Assembly (NCBI RefSeq): GCF_006345805.1
Contig: NW_021833803.1
Location: forward strand, 1 to 64,000
Direction of reading: 5' to 3'
Source: Octopus sinensis
Lineage: Eukaryota
Length of the DNA stretch: 64,000 bases
Shown here piece after piece: positions 12,449-24,739 of this stretch; position 1 is the first letter of the stretch, and the number at the start of each line of letters is the position of its first letter. Under the pieces are notes generated by a model that searched no databases, had not been told where the DNA came from, and saw only the letters and a list, made by a program, of their open reading frames with translations. A program made the translations under genes and the position numbers.

Positions 12449-12929
12449 AAAAATCGATTTCCACGTACACTAGTTAATGTGAAACAAAACTAACTTAAAT
12501 TATAAATAATTCATTAAACTTTCCAACAATAGCTTTCTTTATAATTTTCTAATAGTTTTTGTGTAATAAATGTATGACGAAAATAAATGACGTTGTTTCA
12601 TTTCAAGTTCATTTTTTATATTTAGTGAACTGTTTATTTTTAATTTAGTATTTTAAGTTATCGAAAAACGAGGGATATTCATTAAGCTGGAGGTTTGCTT
12701 GAATACAATCCAATTTAAGATGGTCTTCTTAGTAAAAATTAGATGAATCTGGAGAGTCTACAACATTGCTTCCCGATTGGGGATGCCCGAACTCCCTGTA
12801 GGTACAAGAAATTTTTTCGAGGGTGCCAGGAATGATTCTAAAAATCTAATTTATTTCTTAAGATATATTATTAAAAAACTCGTGGTATTTATGTCAACGT
12901 GTACTAAAATTCGATAATGGAAAGCAGAC

Positions 12930-14010
12930 ATGTTAATTATGGTTTATTGCCCGGTACACGTCTCCTCAAATCAATTACTTGCCAAATAAATCAATTCATC
13001 CAAGGAAATCTGCCGGATTCTATTCGTCACATAATCTTTTCAACCAATCTTATCGCTTTTGGCAAAAAATGCGGAGGGATTCACCCAATTGCGGTCAGCT
13101 TTGTCTTCCGTCCGCTTGCAACCAAGATCGCATGAAAGAAAAATATTCCCCCCATTGATGCAAAGCTTAGCCAGTCTAACTCGGGGTTGGCGTCCCTGGA
13201 GGATACGAATCTGCAGTTCATGCTATCGGCACATTCTCAGATGCATACAAGAAATTGGTCAAACTAGATATCAGAAATGCATTCAACAGTATCCGACGGG
13301 ACCGAGTTTTGGAGGCTTGCTCTGGGTATTGTCCTTCATTATTTGACCTAACTTTCCATTTATACGGGCAATCATCCTCCCTTATCATCGGATCCGACAC
13401 TATCCCATCTTCTACGGGAGTTCAACATGAAGACCCTTTGAGCCCTGTCCTTTTCTGTCTTGGAATTTCTGAGGTGATCAAACTTGTATCTTCCCCACTT
13501 AATCTCTGGTGCCTCGATGATGCCACTCTCGGAGGCCCTCTGGACACCGTTTTGTAGGACATAATAAAAATCGTTCCGGCCTTGAGGAAATTTGGCCTCA
13601 GTTTAAACTTCTCTAAATGCGAAATCTCTAACTTTGGGTGTTTGAAATCTACCTTCGAAGACGCTGTCTGCTATTTTCGTAATCTTATCCCGGCAGCGCA
13701 ATCTACTCCAATAACCAACTTTCTAAGGCCTTAACCTTCCGGAGGATCGAATGTCTCATGCGAGCCTGGGATCTAATAGAATGCAGGCAAAGTTTCAATC
13801 TGCTAATCGAGTCGTCCAACCAACATTGCCGCGCTTTCCTACTTTCGCCAGCATCTCCGGCTAGTGGAGCTTGGCTTTGCGCATTCCCGAACGCCTCATC
13901 TGGCACCCTCTTCGATGACGAATCGTCAAAAATTGGAATCTCCCTGCCTTTCGGGCTAAGGCAATGTGTCCTGCACGTTTGTCGTTGTGGCTGCTCTGAC
14001 TAAACGTCAG
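12930..14010 (+). pseudogene. Decayed CRE-clade non-LTR RT fragment
   Basis: GGIHPIAV, KLDIRNAFNSIRRD, GVQHEDPLSP and WCLDDATLGGP; same family as 30088-32590; multiple stops and frameshifts. Confidence 0.85.
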
Positions 14011-14545
14011 GAAAGGGCTGGATCGGCGACCATCAAACGAGACACTCTCCAGAGTCCTTTTATATTTCCATTGCCAACATAGTTAAATCAGACTCAATAT
14101 TTGTCAATTATATACGTAGATTACTTCTATTGACAACATTTGGATGGAATAACATCCAAATTTTACAAGTACTACCAAAACTCCCTACAAGTCTATGATT
14201 CAACGCGTGCATATGTTCAGACAATTGTGATCAAAAAAAGCACTGGAGAGCATGCGCCCGGAGTACAAACTCTTACCTACAACGGCGAAGCATGCAATCA
14301 ATGAACGACTAAGTGAAGGAAGCAACCACCACGAGACATCCACTGAACCTATCAAGGGAAGAGACGCTGTATTCCGGCCCATGAATCTGGAGGAAGGAGG
14401 CGGATCGATAGCAAAGAGAAGGAAGTTGTAACCAAAATTCTCATGATAAGATATTTTTTCCATATCAATGAATTTACTAATTTGGATTTAAATAATTATT
14501 CCTTGACAGCATCAAGTCTATTTCTCGTTTATGTATGTGATACTA

Positions 14546-16890
14546 CACTAGGTGCAAAAAAAACCGTTTTTTCGAAATATCAAAAATTTACTATGCAACT
14601 ACATTCGAACCCCGCCCCAACAAAAACCCCGCCTTGGGGCACCCTCTGTTTTTGGGGCGATTTTATTTTTTAGTACATTTTTCAGCAATAATTTCCAAAT
14701 TTGGAAATTATCAAAACCCCACTATGGGGCACTTTACTAATTTATTTTAATATTATTACATAACATTTTTTTGAATAATATTATTTATAAACATTTGATA
14801 CTTATCTTTGTGTAATGCCTTCCAAGATTTCTATTGAAAAAAAATTAAAATTGCAAAGTGTCTACAAACTTCTTCTGAAAGAGAAGTTGTAAAAAAATTC
14901 AAGATAAGCAAAGGCACTATTTGAGGAAAATAGAGAAGAATTAGTTGAGGATAAAAATTGCGGGGAAGAAGTCCTGGAAGAAATAATAACCGAAGTAATA
15001 TCTGAAGAAAATGAAGATCTAGCCAAAAGTCGCGAATTTTATAATGGAACTGGGATAGAGGACAAAACAACGATATTAGAAACGTATGAAATGATGGATA
15101 AGTTGGAAAATGTAGCGCAAAATACATCTTTCGAGACACTCCAAAAATATTACGAGTTTAGATTTCAACTTGGAAAAGATTTAAGAAATAAGAAAAATTT
15201 GAAATTGACTGATTATTTCAAAAAAATGTTTTAAAAATAATGATTTATTTTAATCAAAATCAAATTAAAAAACAGAATAGAAATCTATCGAACTATAGAG
15301 CAAAAAAGCACAACTTATTGTATTATCGGCATATAAACACTTTGAGAGATGTGAAAGAGTTCTTTGTTCGCAAAGTAAACCAAAATTTAAGTTAAATAAA
15401 CTATAATTCAATAGTTTGAACCAGACCCCTGTTTGGAAGGGCACCCCCGCTTTGGTGCCCCACCCCGGGGTTAGACTGTATATTGTTTTTATTAAAGAAT
15501 TGAATAATTTATCATTTTTTAACACTAGTTTTATTTTTATATTTGAACTTGTAATCATTTTTACTTAACAAATTATAACTAACAAAAAATCAAACGCAAT
15601 AAAAAACCGTTTTATTTTTGATTATTTCAGGTTAGTATTCAATATGGTCCCCTTTTGCCTTAAAAAGCTTTTGTGCTCTATTCGGCATGCTTTCGATTAA
15701 TTTTTTTTATAAAACTAATCGGTATTTCGTTCCAAATATTTTCGATTTTTTCTTTCAATTCCGAAACATTCTTTGGATGAAAGGTGTTTAATTCCCTCTT
15801 CATATGAGCCCATATATGTTCGATCGGATTTAAATCCGGTGATTGAGGTGCCCATGGTAAAAGGTTTACTTTCTTTTCTTGAAAAAATCGCATAGTCATC
15901 TTGGAAGTATGACATGGTGCCATGTCTTGTTGGAAAATAAAGTCACTAAGCTCCATTTTTTTGCAGATTCCCATAAATGGTTACATAGTGTGTTGATATA
16001 AAGTGCGGAATTCATATTCCCGTGTATAAAAGCAAGCGAGCCCATTCCGTAATAGGAAAAACAGCCCCAGACCATAACTTTCCCCCCACCAAATTTTACA
16101 GTAGGCGAAAGGTTGCTTTTTTGAAGGCCTGTATTGTTTTTCCGATAACAATATTGCCGTTTTTTAATATTAAAAACTTCGAAACTGCATTCGTCACTGA
16201 AAATTGTCCTCATCCATTCAGTGTTTGGCACAGTAATGAAATGCTTTGCCATGTTATAGCGTTTTTCACTATTTATTTTGTTCAATAATGGTTTTTTTCT
16301 AAATACACGAGCATATATTTGCTCCCTTCTTAAATAATTTGCGATGGATCTTTTACCGACTGTTCTTCCGGTTATTTTACGGAGATCATTCCTTAAGCAA
16401 TCAGCTTTTTTTGGGGAGTCCTCTTTAACCAGGTTGAGTAAAATAAGGATATCGTCCTTATTAAGAATTTTTGGTCTCCCCGAACCTTTCATTCTTTCAG
16501 TCGTACCATATTTAATGAATTTTCGGATGAAGTCAGCGATAGTTGATTGCGGGATATTAAGCTCGTCAGATATTTTTTTAGTGGTCCAATTTAACGCATT
16601 CAAGCTTAGAATCTTTCCTTTTGTTATTACATCAAGTATTCGTAATTTTATCGAGGGTTAAAATTCTAAAAAAAATAAAAAATGTCACACTCAGCAGAAT
16701 AAACGTTTTTTTTATTGCGCTCGTGTAATTAAAATTTTTAATATAGACATATAACACAATACAAAAAAAATATAACAAAATTGATTTAGGGTTAATTTAA
16801 TGATCATTTTCGATATCGACAAAGAAAAATCACGGTTATCTCTGCAAAATATGCCGTATTTAAAAAAACGGTTTTTTTTTGCACCTAGTG
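14546..16890 (-). mobile_element. Tc1 (DD34E) DNA transposon; transposase ~16650 to 15678 with one 1-nt frameshift in an A run
   Basis: TA-flanked TIRs CACTAGGTGCAAAAAAAACCGTTTT; paired-like HTH; IFSDE, VMVWGCF, FQQDMAPCH and SPDLNPIE with 34 residues between the second D and E. Confidence 0.9.
14602..15478 (+). mobile_element. Internally deleted pogo/Tigger-like element nested in the Tc1 copy
   Basis: TA-flanked ends CATTCGAACCCCG and CGGGGTTAGACTG; GC-rich subterminal GGGGCACCCCCGC motifs like 39184-40392; remnant MPSKISIEKK..SKGT joined to an acidic C-terminus ending KLTDYF. Confidence 0.75.
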
Positions 16891-17149
16891 TACTTCGCTG
16901 AAGCATTCAACCAAATAGTTTAATGGAAAAGGAATAAAAGCATTAACCTCTCGTCCATAGATTAGGGAATTTGTTTGGTAAATCAATTTATATCCAAAAA
17001 ATTCTTCAATGATCTTCGAAAAGTTAAATTGTCATTGTTTCAGATTGCAAATCTATTATGTCTTTTGGTATCTTAATCTCACCCGCGGAAGATTTTATAA
17101 TGTATAGAACAATAATACAAATAACTAAGGCGGGATAACTAAGCTGAAT

Positions 17150-17570
17150 AAATTAGGTGTAATATTCTAGTTAGTTAGTTACCCCGGCTTTTCTAGCATG
17201 TAGGAAGCCGGCTGCAATCAGGTAGCGAGAAGCAGAGATTTGGCACTATTAGAAATCTCAAATTCCAATAGGTAGTGACAGGTGAGGAGTTCTATTTCGT
17301 TCGTACGAATTATCCCTTAGAACCACAGATTATTAGTAGCTGAACACAGGTCTGATAAACGTATAGGAACGTTTCTGTGTTAAGACAGAATCGCCTCAGT
17401 CCTTTTAGGATTTCTGCACTTTGAAAACGCCTTTCGTGCACATGTAGTTTGTAAGACCCGGTGATGACTACTGTTGTTTCCAAGTAGCGTAGGTTCTTTG
17501 ATATAATCAGGTTCCCATAATGTTCGAAAGTCGGTTTTTGTCACGACTCATCAAACCTTCTGTGTGGGCT
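17150..17570 (-). pseudogene. Decayed post-RT fragment of the Jockey/I-like LINE family
   Basis: ILKGLRRFCLNTETFLYVYQTCVQ resembles ILKSLTRFHLDPETYIYVYKTCVQ at ~37650-37720. Confidence 0.55.
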
Positions 17571-17802
17571 CCACACATCAAGACAATCGTAACAAAGATA
17601 TCGTCCGCGTTTTTTTTAGCTTATTAAATTTTTTATGCATACTAATGTTGATAAATTTTCAGCCCAGGGCGTATCAAAGCCACTGAAGGCCATAGTTTGA
17701 CCACCTCCTCTTTAGATAGCATTATTTTGTTTTAATTATTTTAGATTTAATTACATTTATTAATTTATTTTAAATAAAAATCATAGCATTAATTTCTTTT
17801 AA

Positions 17803-18562
17803 ATGCTTGACATACTTATCTTCATAGTCTTTCTTGATTTTTTCACTGCGAAGTCAAATTGTCCTTTGTCTAATAACGAAATGTGATGCCTAATTAATTT
17901 ATTATTATATATTCTAGTTCTAACTGTTTTTACAATGAATCATTAAAAAATGATAAATTGTACGAAATTGTAATTAAAAATGGAGTCACATTTACAGAAA
18001 ATCCACGATTTACGAATTTAATTTCTATTGATACATTGTAACCTTCGTAAATTATATTTAGTGAATGCGATGGTAACTCTTTGCACAAACTGGTTGAAGA
18101 TTCATTTAAAGGACTCAAATTTTTATGGATCATGTATATTGTTTTTTATATTCTATTGATATCTCCGTTTATGTAGTATGCTTCGTTACATCAATATCAA
18201 TACTTTTTCTGACATTCCACTTGAATTCATGTTTTATTAAAATAGTTAATCACATATTTAGGGATATGCCGAAAGGATCGACTTTTATTTCGTTCAATTT
18301 AAAGATAGATCTACTTATGTAAGATAAAATTATTGAAGATATCGTTTTAGAATTTCTATGTTTACTAATCAGCATCTCTGTCTTCTGGAAAATACTGCAC
18401 AACCAGTTGCGTTTGTGTTTTTTATTATTTCGTTTTAGATTCAAGCCTTCAAAAATAACACAAGTTGGATTAACAAACAAAATTTTTGTTGTGTCTTACG
18501 GAACATTACAGTTTATAGAATCTGATGGTAAAAACTGCTTGTTTAATAATAGTTTGCTCTAA
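17803..18562 (+). CDS. Secreted leucine-rich-repeat-like protein, copy A; 6 introns, all phase 2
   Basis: Removing six GT-AG introns of 24-43 nt gives an open frame: hydrophobic N-terminus MLDILIFIVFLDFFTAKSNCP, then LRR-like GNSLHKLVEDSFKGLKFLWIIMLRYININTFSDIP. Exon 3 is exactly 72 nt and phase 2-2, the classic LRR exon. Confidence 0.65.
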
Positions 18563-18750
18563 TTGCCAACCCACAATAACTAATAACATACTTTGTCCTG
18601 CTCAACTAAATCTAAGTTCGACCAAAAATATTAAATTAACATTTTTCTTGGAATAATTTTAATTTAACCTCATTCTGATTTTTTAATTTGATGAACTTTG
18701 ATTAATCAGTAGTAATTAAAAAAGCCGAAATCCCAATGACATTTCTTTTA

Positions 18751-19145
18751 CAAAGATCAAAGATCTTATCATTTCTAGTTTTTTTTAAAAAGGAACTTTA
18801 TTTCTACTGGGAACCTTGCAAACAACGCGGAGCGCGTAACACTTTATAAATAAAAAATTCCTCAAAGCATCACTTTTTGCACTCATTGAATTCGAAACGT
18901 CATCAATACTTTATACAAGACATCGGGAAAATGATTAATTACAGTAGAAATGAGCTATGGGAATCATCATCTTGATGAAGGCGCTGAGAGCAAAAAGTGA
19001 TGTTTTTAGATATTTTTATTTATAAAGTTTTATGCGCTCCGCGTTGTTCGCAAGGTGCCCAGTAGAAATAGAGTTCCTTTTTAAAAGGGTTTTTTTAGTT
19101 CCTTTTAGGTAAATCGAAAAACTAAAAATGATGAAATCTTCTTTG
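18751..19145. mobile_element. TA-flanked MITE with long (~150 bp) imperfect inverted arms
   Basis: TA|CAAAGA...TCTTTG|TA; arm ~18751-18885 is inverted at ~18985-19145; a homologous arm lies at ~35640-35808. Confidence 0.7.
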
Positions 19146-19211
19146 TATTTTTAAATCTAAAATAATTAAAACAAAATTATATTATCTACAGAGGAGGTGG
19201 CCAAATTAATA

Positions 19212-19660
19212 CAGTAAACTCTCTCGAATCCGCCATTTCTGTTCCTGAGCGAAATCTGGCGGATTCTAGAAGGGTTTTTATCGATTTTTAAATTATTTTC
19301 TAATAAACAAATGAATTTTTTAATCAAAATCAGTAATTTTAGTTTTTAATCTAGATTTTCTTAGTTTTTGACCAATATTTTTCCATGTCTGTCACATTCA
19401 CTTCAAAATAGTTTCTTAAGGTGTCGAATGCGCGAAAAGGATCTATGATAACCACATTTTCATTTTTGCTGGTCTAAATTAAATCTTCGTGATAGCCCTA
19501 TCGCAGGAAAAATTTATCTGAGAGGCAACTAATTACAAAGTACAAAACAAGTAAAGAAGCTGTTTAGTTAATTGCCTTAGATACAAATTCAGAAATTGGA
19601 TTTACTTCTTTTAAAGCTTCCAATGGGTGGCATGATAGATTTAAATTACGAAATGAGCTT
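19212..19660 (+). mobile_element. pogo/Tigger left end with decayed CENP-B-type HTH remnant
   Basis: TA|CAGTAAACTCTC terminus; FKASNGWHDRFKLR motif near 19610-19650; 19212-19465 is repeated inverted at 33555-33833. Confidence 0.6.
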
Positions 19661-20579
19661 TAATTCAGGTCTTCATCTATCCTCTACTACCAGCCTCTTT
19701 TTAAATAAATATTTTTCTTCAAGCCGGATGCAATCAGGTAGCGAGAAGCAAGATTGGGCGCTATCAGAGATCTCAATTTAATAAACGATGACAATCCTGG
19801 ATTACCATAGTTTATTGATGTTTTGACAAATTTTTTGTAGATCAGAGCGAGGCATTCTTTGGCTTGGCCATAAGTCACGTAATGTGTTCAGCTTGCGTTT
19901 GACTTTGGTGGAACTGAACTTCATGTGTTGGGTATTCTAAGGGTATACCAAAATTTTTAACTTATAATTCAACCTACTGCCAAATTCGGATAAGGAAATA
20001 TTAATTTTGAAAATATAATTTGTATCATCTTCTAGACCGCTTAAAATAAGTGATTCTTCACAAATATAATATTGATTATGCCAGGTCAATGAGTGTAATT
20101 TCTTGTTTAGGTCTAATATCATGAATTATTCTTATAAAAATTTTGACAATTATGGTTACACAAATTATAGGGTCATATTCAGAAATTGTAAAACATGGTT
20201 TTTATAGAAGAGGAAAAAAAAAGAGTTTGTGAACATAAATTCGCATAAATTATAATTCCATTAGTGCCGCGCATCAATGATTATGAGACTAGTCTTTTTT
20301 ACCTTTCTTAGTTGATGCCAGGCTCCAAAGATGCTGAGGTTTTTCCAATCCTGTAGTCTTTTCACTGGCTTTCGGTCATAATTTAGAACTTGGACGACCT
20401 CGGAACTTTATTCTAGCTGTTTTGAAGAATTCTTTCATGGTAATCATTACCTACTCTATTCTTTAAATCTATCTAAAAAATTTCCTGCGCATTTCCATGA
20501 TTAAGCTTATGGCTTCAGAAAAGAATTTTTCTTGTTTAGGCTTTATAAAATCGCCGATACACTGACGATATTATGGAAA

Positions 20580-21330
20580 TTTTCCTACGCTAATGATGCT
20601 GATTTTGTTCCAATTAATAAAGAAGCTCAACGGGGGTTCTAAAAACACCAAAATATTAATATGGGACGAATCGGAACACGTTATAGTAAGAAAACGGTGA
20701 GGGCAGTCTGGAAGTTAGAACCAATAGTACTAGTTACCTCTCTAAAAAAACTATGTCAACTATTATCAGAACCCGTATATAAAAATTCGTTGATCGATAT
20801 CTCTCTTGTGGTTAAAGTGGTTCAGACCTAAAGATCCCCCAGAGCTAATGTTGTCTGGAACCATCGGTAGATAATTTCATTATTTCAAAAGTACAAACGA
20901 TTTTTTCATATCCTGGGAGTCGACACAAGTAAGGATTTTGACACCATCAACAGGAGTAAGTTACTTACCGTGATGAAAGATATTATCGATGAAAGTGAAC
21001 TACTCGTTAGAGTTGGCACTATTCCATTTCTACCAATGTTGGAACATCACAAGGGGAAACGGTATTAACCGTATTATTTATCTTCCATCTGGAGGCATCT
21101 TTGAGAAATCTAAGAGAACAAAACGGAAGGTTGTGAAATCACTTAATGGAACTCATTTACACGGATGATGTCGATTTTATTTGTTAAGAACATTCACAGT
21201 TATTTCATATCTGTGAAGTCAAAAAAATGAACTTAAGTTCAAAACATGTGTGGCTTCTACACAGAGGGGTTATCGGGTCGAAACAGAGACTAGACCAACT
21301 GACTTGTATCTAGGGAGAACACGAGTGACG
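20580..21330 (+). pseudogene. Decayed RTE-like RT remnant
   Basis: DTSKDFDTINRSKLL and FTDDVDFI motifs in broken frames. Confidence 0.45.
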
Positions 21331-21479
21331 GATGTCTAAGTTTTCATTTTAATTTTTGTGTCAAATCTTAATAAATCATTTTCAGATTTGTTAAATTTCT
21401 AGATTATTGCTATTGCACAAATAAGCAATTTTTATTACTTATTTTATTTTCATAATAATTTTTAAAATAGATAACATTA

Positions 21480-22409
21480 TGAATTTTCGAAAAATGTTAT
21501 CATTGTAATAGATGCTATGAAACGAAGTGTGCTTAAGGTAGATTCATATTTTTAAAAGTGTAGAAAAAATTAAAAGATATAGTAAAAGATAGCGAGATTT
21601 CTGAAAGTATTTTAAGAAAAGCTGATTACTTTATAAAAAATAACTGGGAATTATTTCAGTATCTTTGTCGAAAAATAGATGTCAACAATTCAGAAAAATT
21701 AAAAATTCTTGATTTAAAAAAAAGTTTTTTGCTTTCAGAAATGTTAGTTTTTCAAGACATGAGTTGTATTTTTAACGGGAAGGAAATTCTTTACTTATCT
21801 TCTTTACTTGATTACGAAGATACAGGAGAGTTTAATTACAATCAGTGTGAAAACGGATTTTCTTTGATAAAATATGAGAGAATTAAATTATTTTTAGTTA
21901 TTTTTACGGAAACGTATTGCTCGAAAAAATTGGATGTCCTAAAAAAGAGTTAACTTCGAAAATTATATCATCCTCTCATAAGGAGCTTAAGCCTTGCGAA
22001 AAATGTGGGATTCTAGTTCAATTTGAAAAAGTACATAACGCACAGTTATTTTTAAAGTTGAAGAATTTTTAGATATATCAACTTAAAATGTGTTCTAGCG
22101 ACATTTGCAGATATTGAATCGCCATTTCACCACATGATTAGTGCTTTGCCGACACACTCAACTATACAATACGTAATAACGAAAATTGTGGAAGATTTAA
22201 ATTTGTCCAGCATTAAACTTTTAATATACAGCGACCTTTCAAAGTCCAACATACTTGGTACGAGTTTAACAATTTCTGACTGTGGGTTAATTGGAGGAAG
22301 TTTCTTTTATCCAACCGAGTATACGTTATTTTACGACTTTGATGTTCCCTTCATTGAATGCCCAATAGTAAATTATATGATTGGATGGGATCTTAATAGT
22401 AATTTCTAA
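21480..22409 (+). CDS. Hypothetical spliced protein with two EF-hand-like loops and a possibly ubiquitin-like C-terminal region; start uncertain
   Basis: Exon blocks KIDVNNSEKLKILD and LDYEDTGEFNYNQ resemble EF-hand loops; C-terminal ORF 22134-22409 ends LFYDFDVPFIECPIV; interrupted by 20-35 nt GT-AG introns. Confidence 0.45.
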
Positions 22410-22929
22410 TTTTAATTTATGTAATTTTTTTACTCCTAGAACCTATAAAAGTAAAAAAAACTTATTCAGAATCGTAAAATAATAAAATACCAATTACGAT
22501 CGTTAGCTTATAAAATACTAAAAACTTAAACATCTTTTTCGCAGTGTAAACCAGGACTTAGTAAATTAAAAACGAATTATATTTTAGAAATAAGCTGTGA
22601 ATTTTAAAGTAAAATTAAAATAATTGCGTGTTATAGTAAAATGCTATTTTTTCGTTGCAATTTAAATGACGCATGTCTAATTTGGTGATGCTATAAAAAC
22701 AAAGTTAGAATGAAATCACAAATATTCCCTGGAAAACATTAAAATCAGATCAAAAATTGAAAGATTGGGTAACAGGTACCTTAAATTTTTAGGCTACGTT
22801 TGGTTCGAAGAAGTGCCATCTATTAATTATATATTAAAAAATTATAAATTAATAATTTTTTTAATTTTTGATATTTGAATTTTAACTGTATATATATAAA
22901 ATAAATTCGAAATCGACTCATTTTCCTCG

Positions 22930-23210
22930 TCATCTCTCATCGACTCGACTCTGCCTCCGCACATGCCGAAACGAAAAAAATTGCAAAGTACGCCTCATTG
23001 GAAAACACCTGCCTCTTCGTCCCCTGGCTTTCGAGACGAGTGGGATAATCGGCCCAAAAGCCCTGGAGTCTCTTTCGGAGATTGGTTTGATGATCTCGAG
23101 GAAGAGTCACGAGAGACGTGAGTCTAGCTGGCTTTTTCAGCGCATTTCGCTGGCGATATTGCGCGGAAACTGCCTATCTATTCGCTCGTTCTCTCAATCA
23201 AAGAATTAAC
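22930..23210 (+). mobile_element. CRE-clade LINE 3' end (RLE C-terminus)
   Basis: KYASLENTCLFVP..AFETSG..WLFQRISLAILRGN. Confidence 0.75.
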
Positions 23211-23439
23211 GACTGTTTATTAGAAAAATACTGACCAAAAAAACTAATTACAATCAAACCCCTGTTAGTCGTCACCCCACTTACCAATTTCAGTTACTCG
23301 CCACTATTTTTAATTTTTTAATTAGAGAAACTTCTTCTAGTCGCTCCATCCTCTATTCGCAAAGTGATTCAGATAAGCAAACCCGCCTTTTTCCCTTCAA
23401 GGTACTGACGGGCAGGAGCGATGTTAAAGACATACTAAT

Positions 23440-23680
23440 TTGGTGATAAATCTCTCTTATACGCTTGTCCAGTTAGAACGTTCTTTCCCATGGTTCAACC
23501 CTGTTTCTAGAAGAAACAATCATGTTCTCAAGGGTCTTCTTTATAGTGAGCGATTGAATGTATGCGTGCTTTCTCTCACTGATGTTAAGCGAACGTGCAT
23601 ATTGCAAGAATTGTTGAGTAACCAACCCATTCCATGTTAATACAATGGGTACTATTTTCACTTTGAAAATATGGGTCTTA
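23440..23680 (-). mobile_element. RLE-type LINE 3' fragment (family of 4480-4991)
   Basis: KIVPIVLTWNGLV..YIQSLTIKKTLENM. Confidence 0.65.
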
Positions 23681-23904
23681 GCTTAAATCGAATTGCCTCA
23701 ATTTTCTCGACTCTTTCGAAGAAAAAAATTCGAAAACTATAATACAATACTTTTAATATTAACGCAATTCAAATGATCAATATATTAATCGAGGATACGA
23801 TTTTTACAAAAACCAACATTGAACGATTATTTTTTTTAATAATTTTTTTCAAATAAAATTTTCATTAATCATTTTTTATTAAATGGGTTTTGAACAACAT
23901 AACA

Positions 23905-24200
23905 ATTTTTTTTCAGGAGTTATAGCCCAGCCGAACGGATTGCTTGCGGATTGCGAGCGAGATCCTCTGCCTCAACCAAGAGGACTCGCGAGCATTCATT
24001 TTCTTCCGACCAATGAGGATGCTGAGGTCTTTTATGAAGCATGAGGTGAGCGGACCGGAAGCGCCTAATGTCTCAAAAGCCACATGCACGAAGGAATGTC
24101 GAGTGGCAAGATTCTTGTACTTTTCTACTTTGCGGGCTTCCGCCAAAGCCGCGGCCGAGCCGGAAGAAGCAGATGACAGTAAAGCGGATGGGGACATTAT
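23905..24200 (-). mobile_element. CRE-clade LINE 3' end with short poly(A)
   Basis: GSAAALAEARKVEKYKNL..VAFETLGASG..WLRQRISLAIR, followed by an A8 tail. Confidence 0.8.
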
Positions 24201-24329
24201 TAATTATTTAGTTACTCACCAATTTCAGTTACTCGCCATTTTTTTGCTTGGTCCAAAATTTGGCGAGTAAACGGGGTTTGACTGTATTAAAAAAAGTTCG
24301 AAATCTCTGCTGGTTTTTCGTCGATCTTG

Positions 24330-24660
24330 AAACCCACTCGACTCAACAGGTGCGAGGGAAAACATCCTGACAAAATAACCAAGTGCTCTCTTTAGGCACG
24401 GCTACTGGACATGCCTGTTTTCTGGTCGAAACCAGAAAGGAATTGAAGTATGCCTCTTTTCCAAACAGCGTGGAATTGCTCCCAATTGTATCCAAAACGA
24501 GTGTTATTATCGGTGAAACGGCCAGGGCATTCCTGAAGAAGATCAATAAAATGATTGCGGAACACATTCTACCGAGGAAAGAACTTTTAGTTTTTTCCAG
24601 AGTATCTAAGTGACGATCTTCAGTGCCTGGCTATGGACAGAGCAAAAAATTCTCTACTCT
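24330..24660 (+). pseudogene. Decayed CRE-clade RLE fragment
   Basis: KELKYASFPNSVELLPIV..VIIGETARAFLKKI. Confidence 0.5.
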
Positions 24661-24739
24661 TGACCCAAGAATAACTAATTATTCTATTAACTAAACAATA
24701 TTCATGTTTTATTTCATACAAAATAAGAAATACAATAAT

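Noticed and set aside
19937-20122. Fibronectin type III-like stretch (LSGLEDDTNYIFKI)
   Set aside because: A single short motif with no consistent gene model around it.
23278-24272. Shared ~28-bp motif (TTAC-CAATTTCAGTTACTCGCCA) near two CRE fragments as a target site
   Set aside because: It sits at different positions relative to the two fragments and is absent beside the best-preserved CRE copy.
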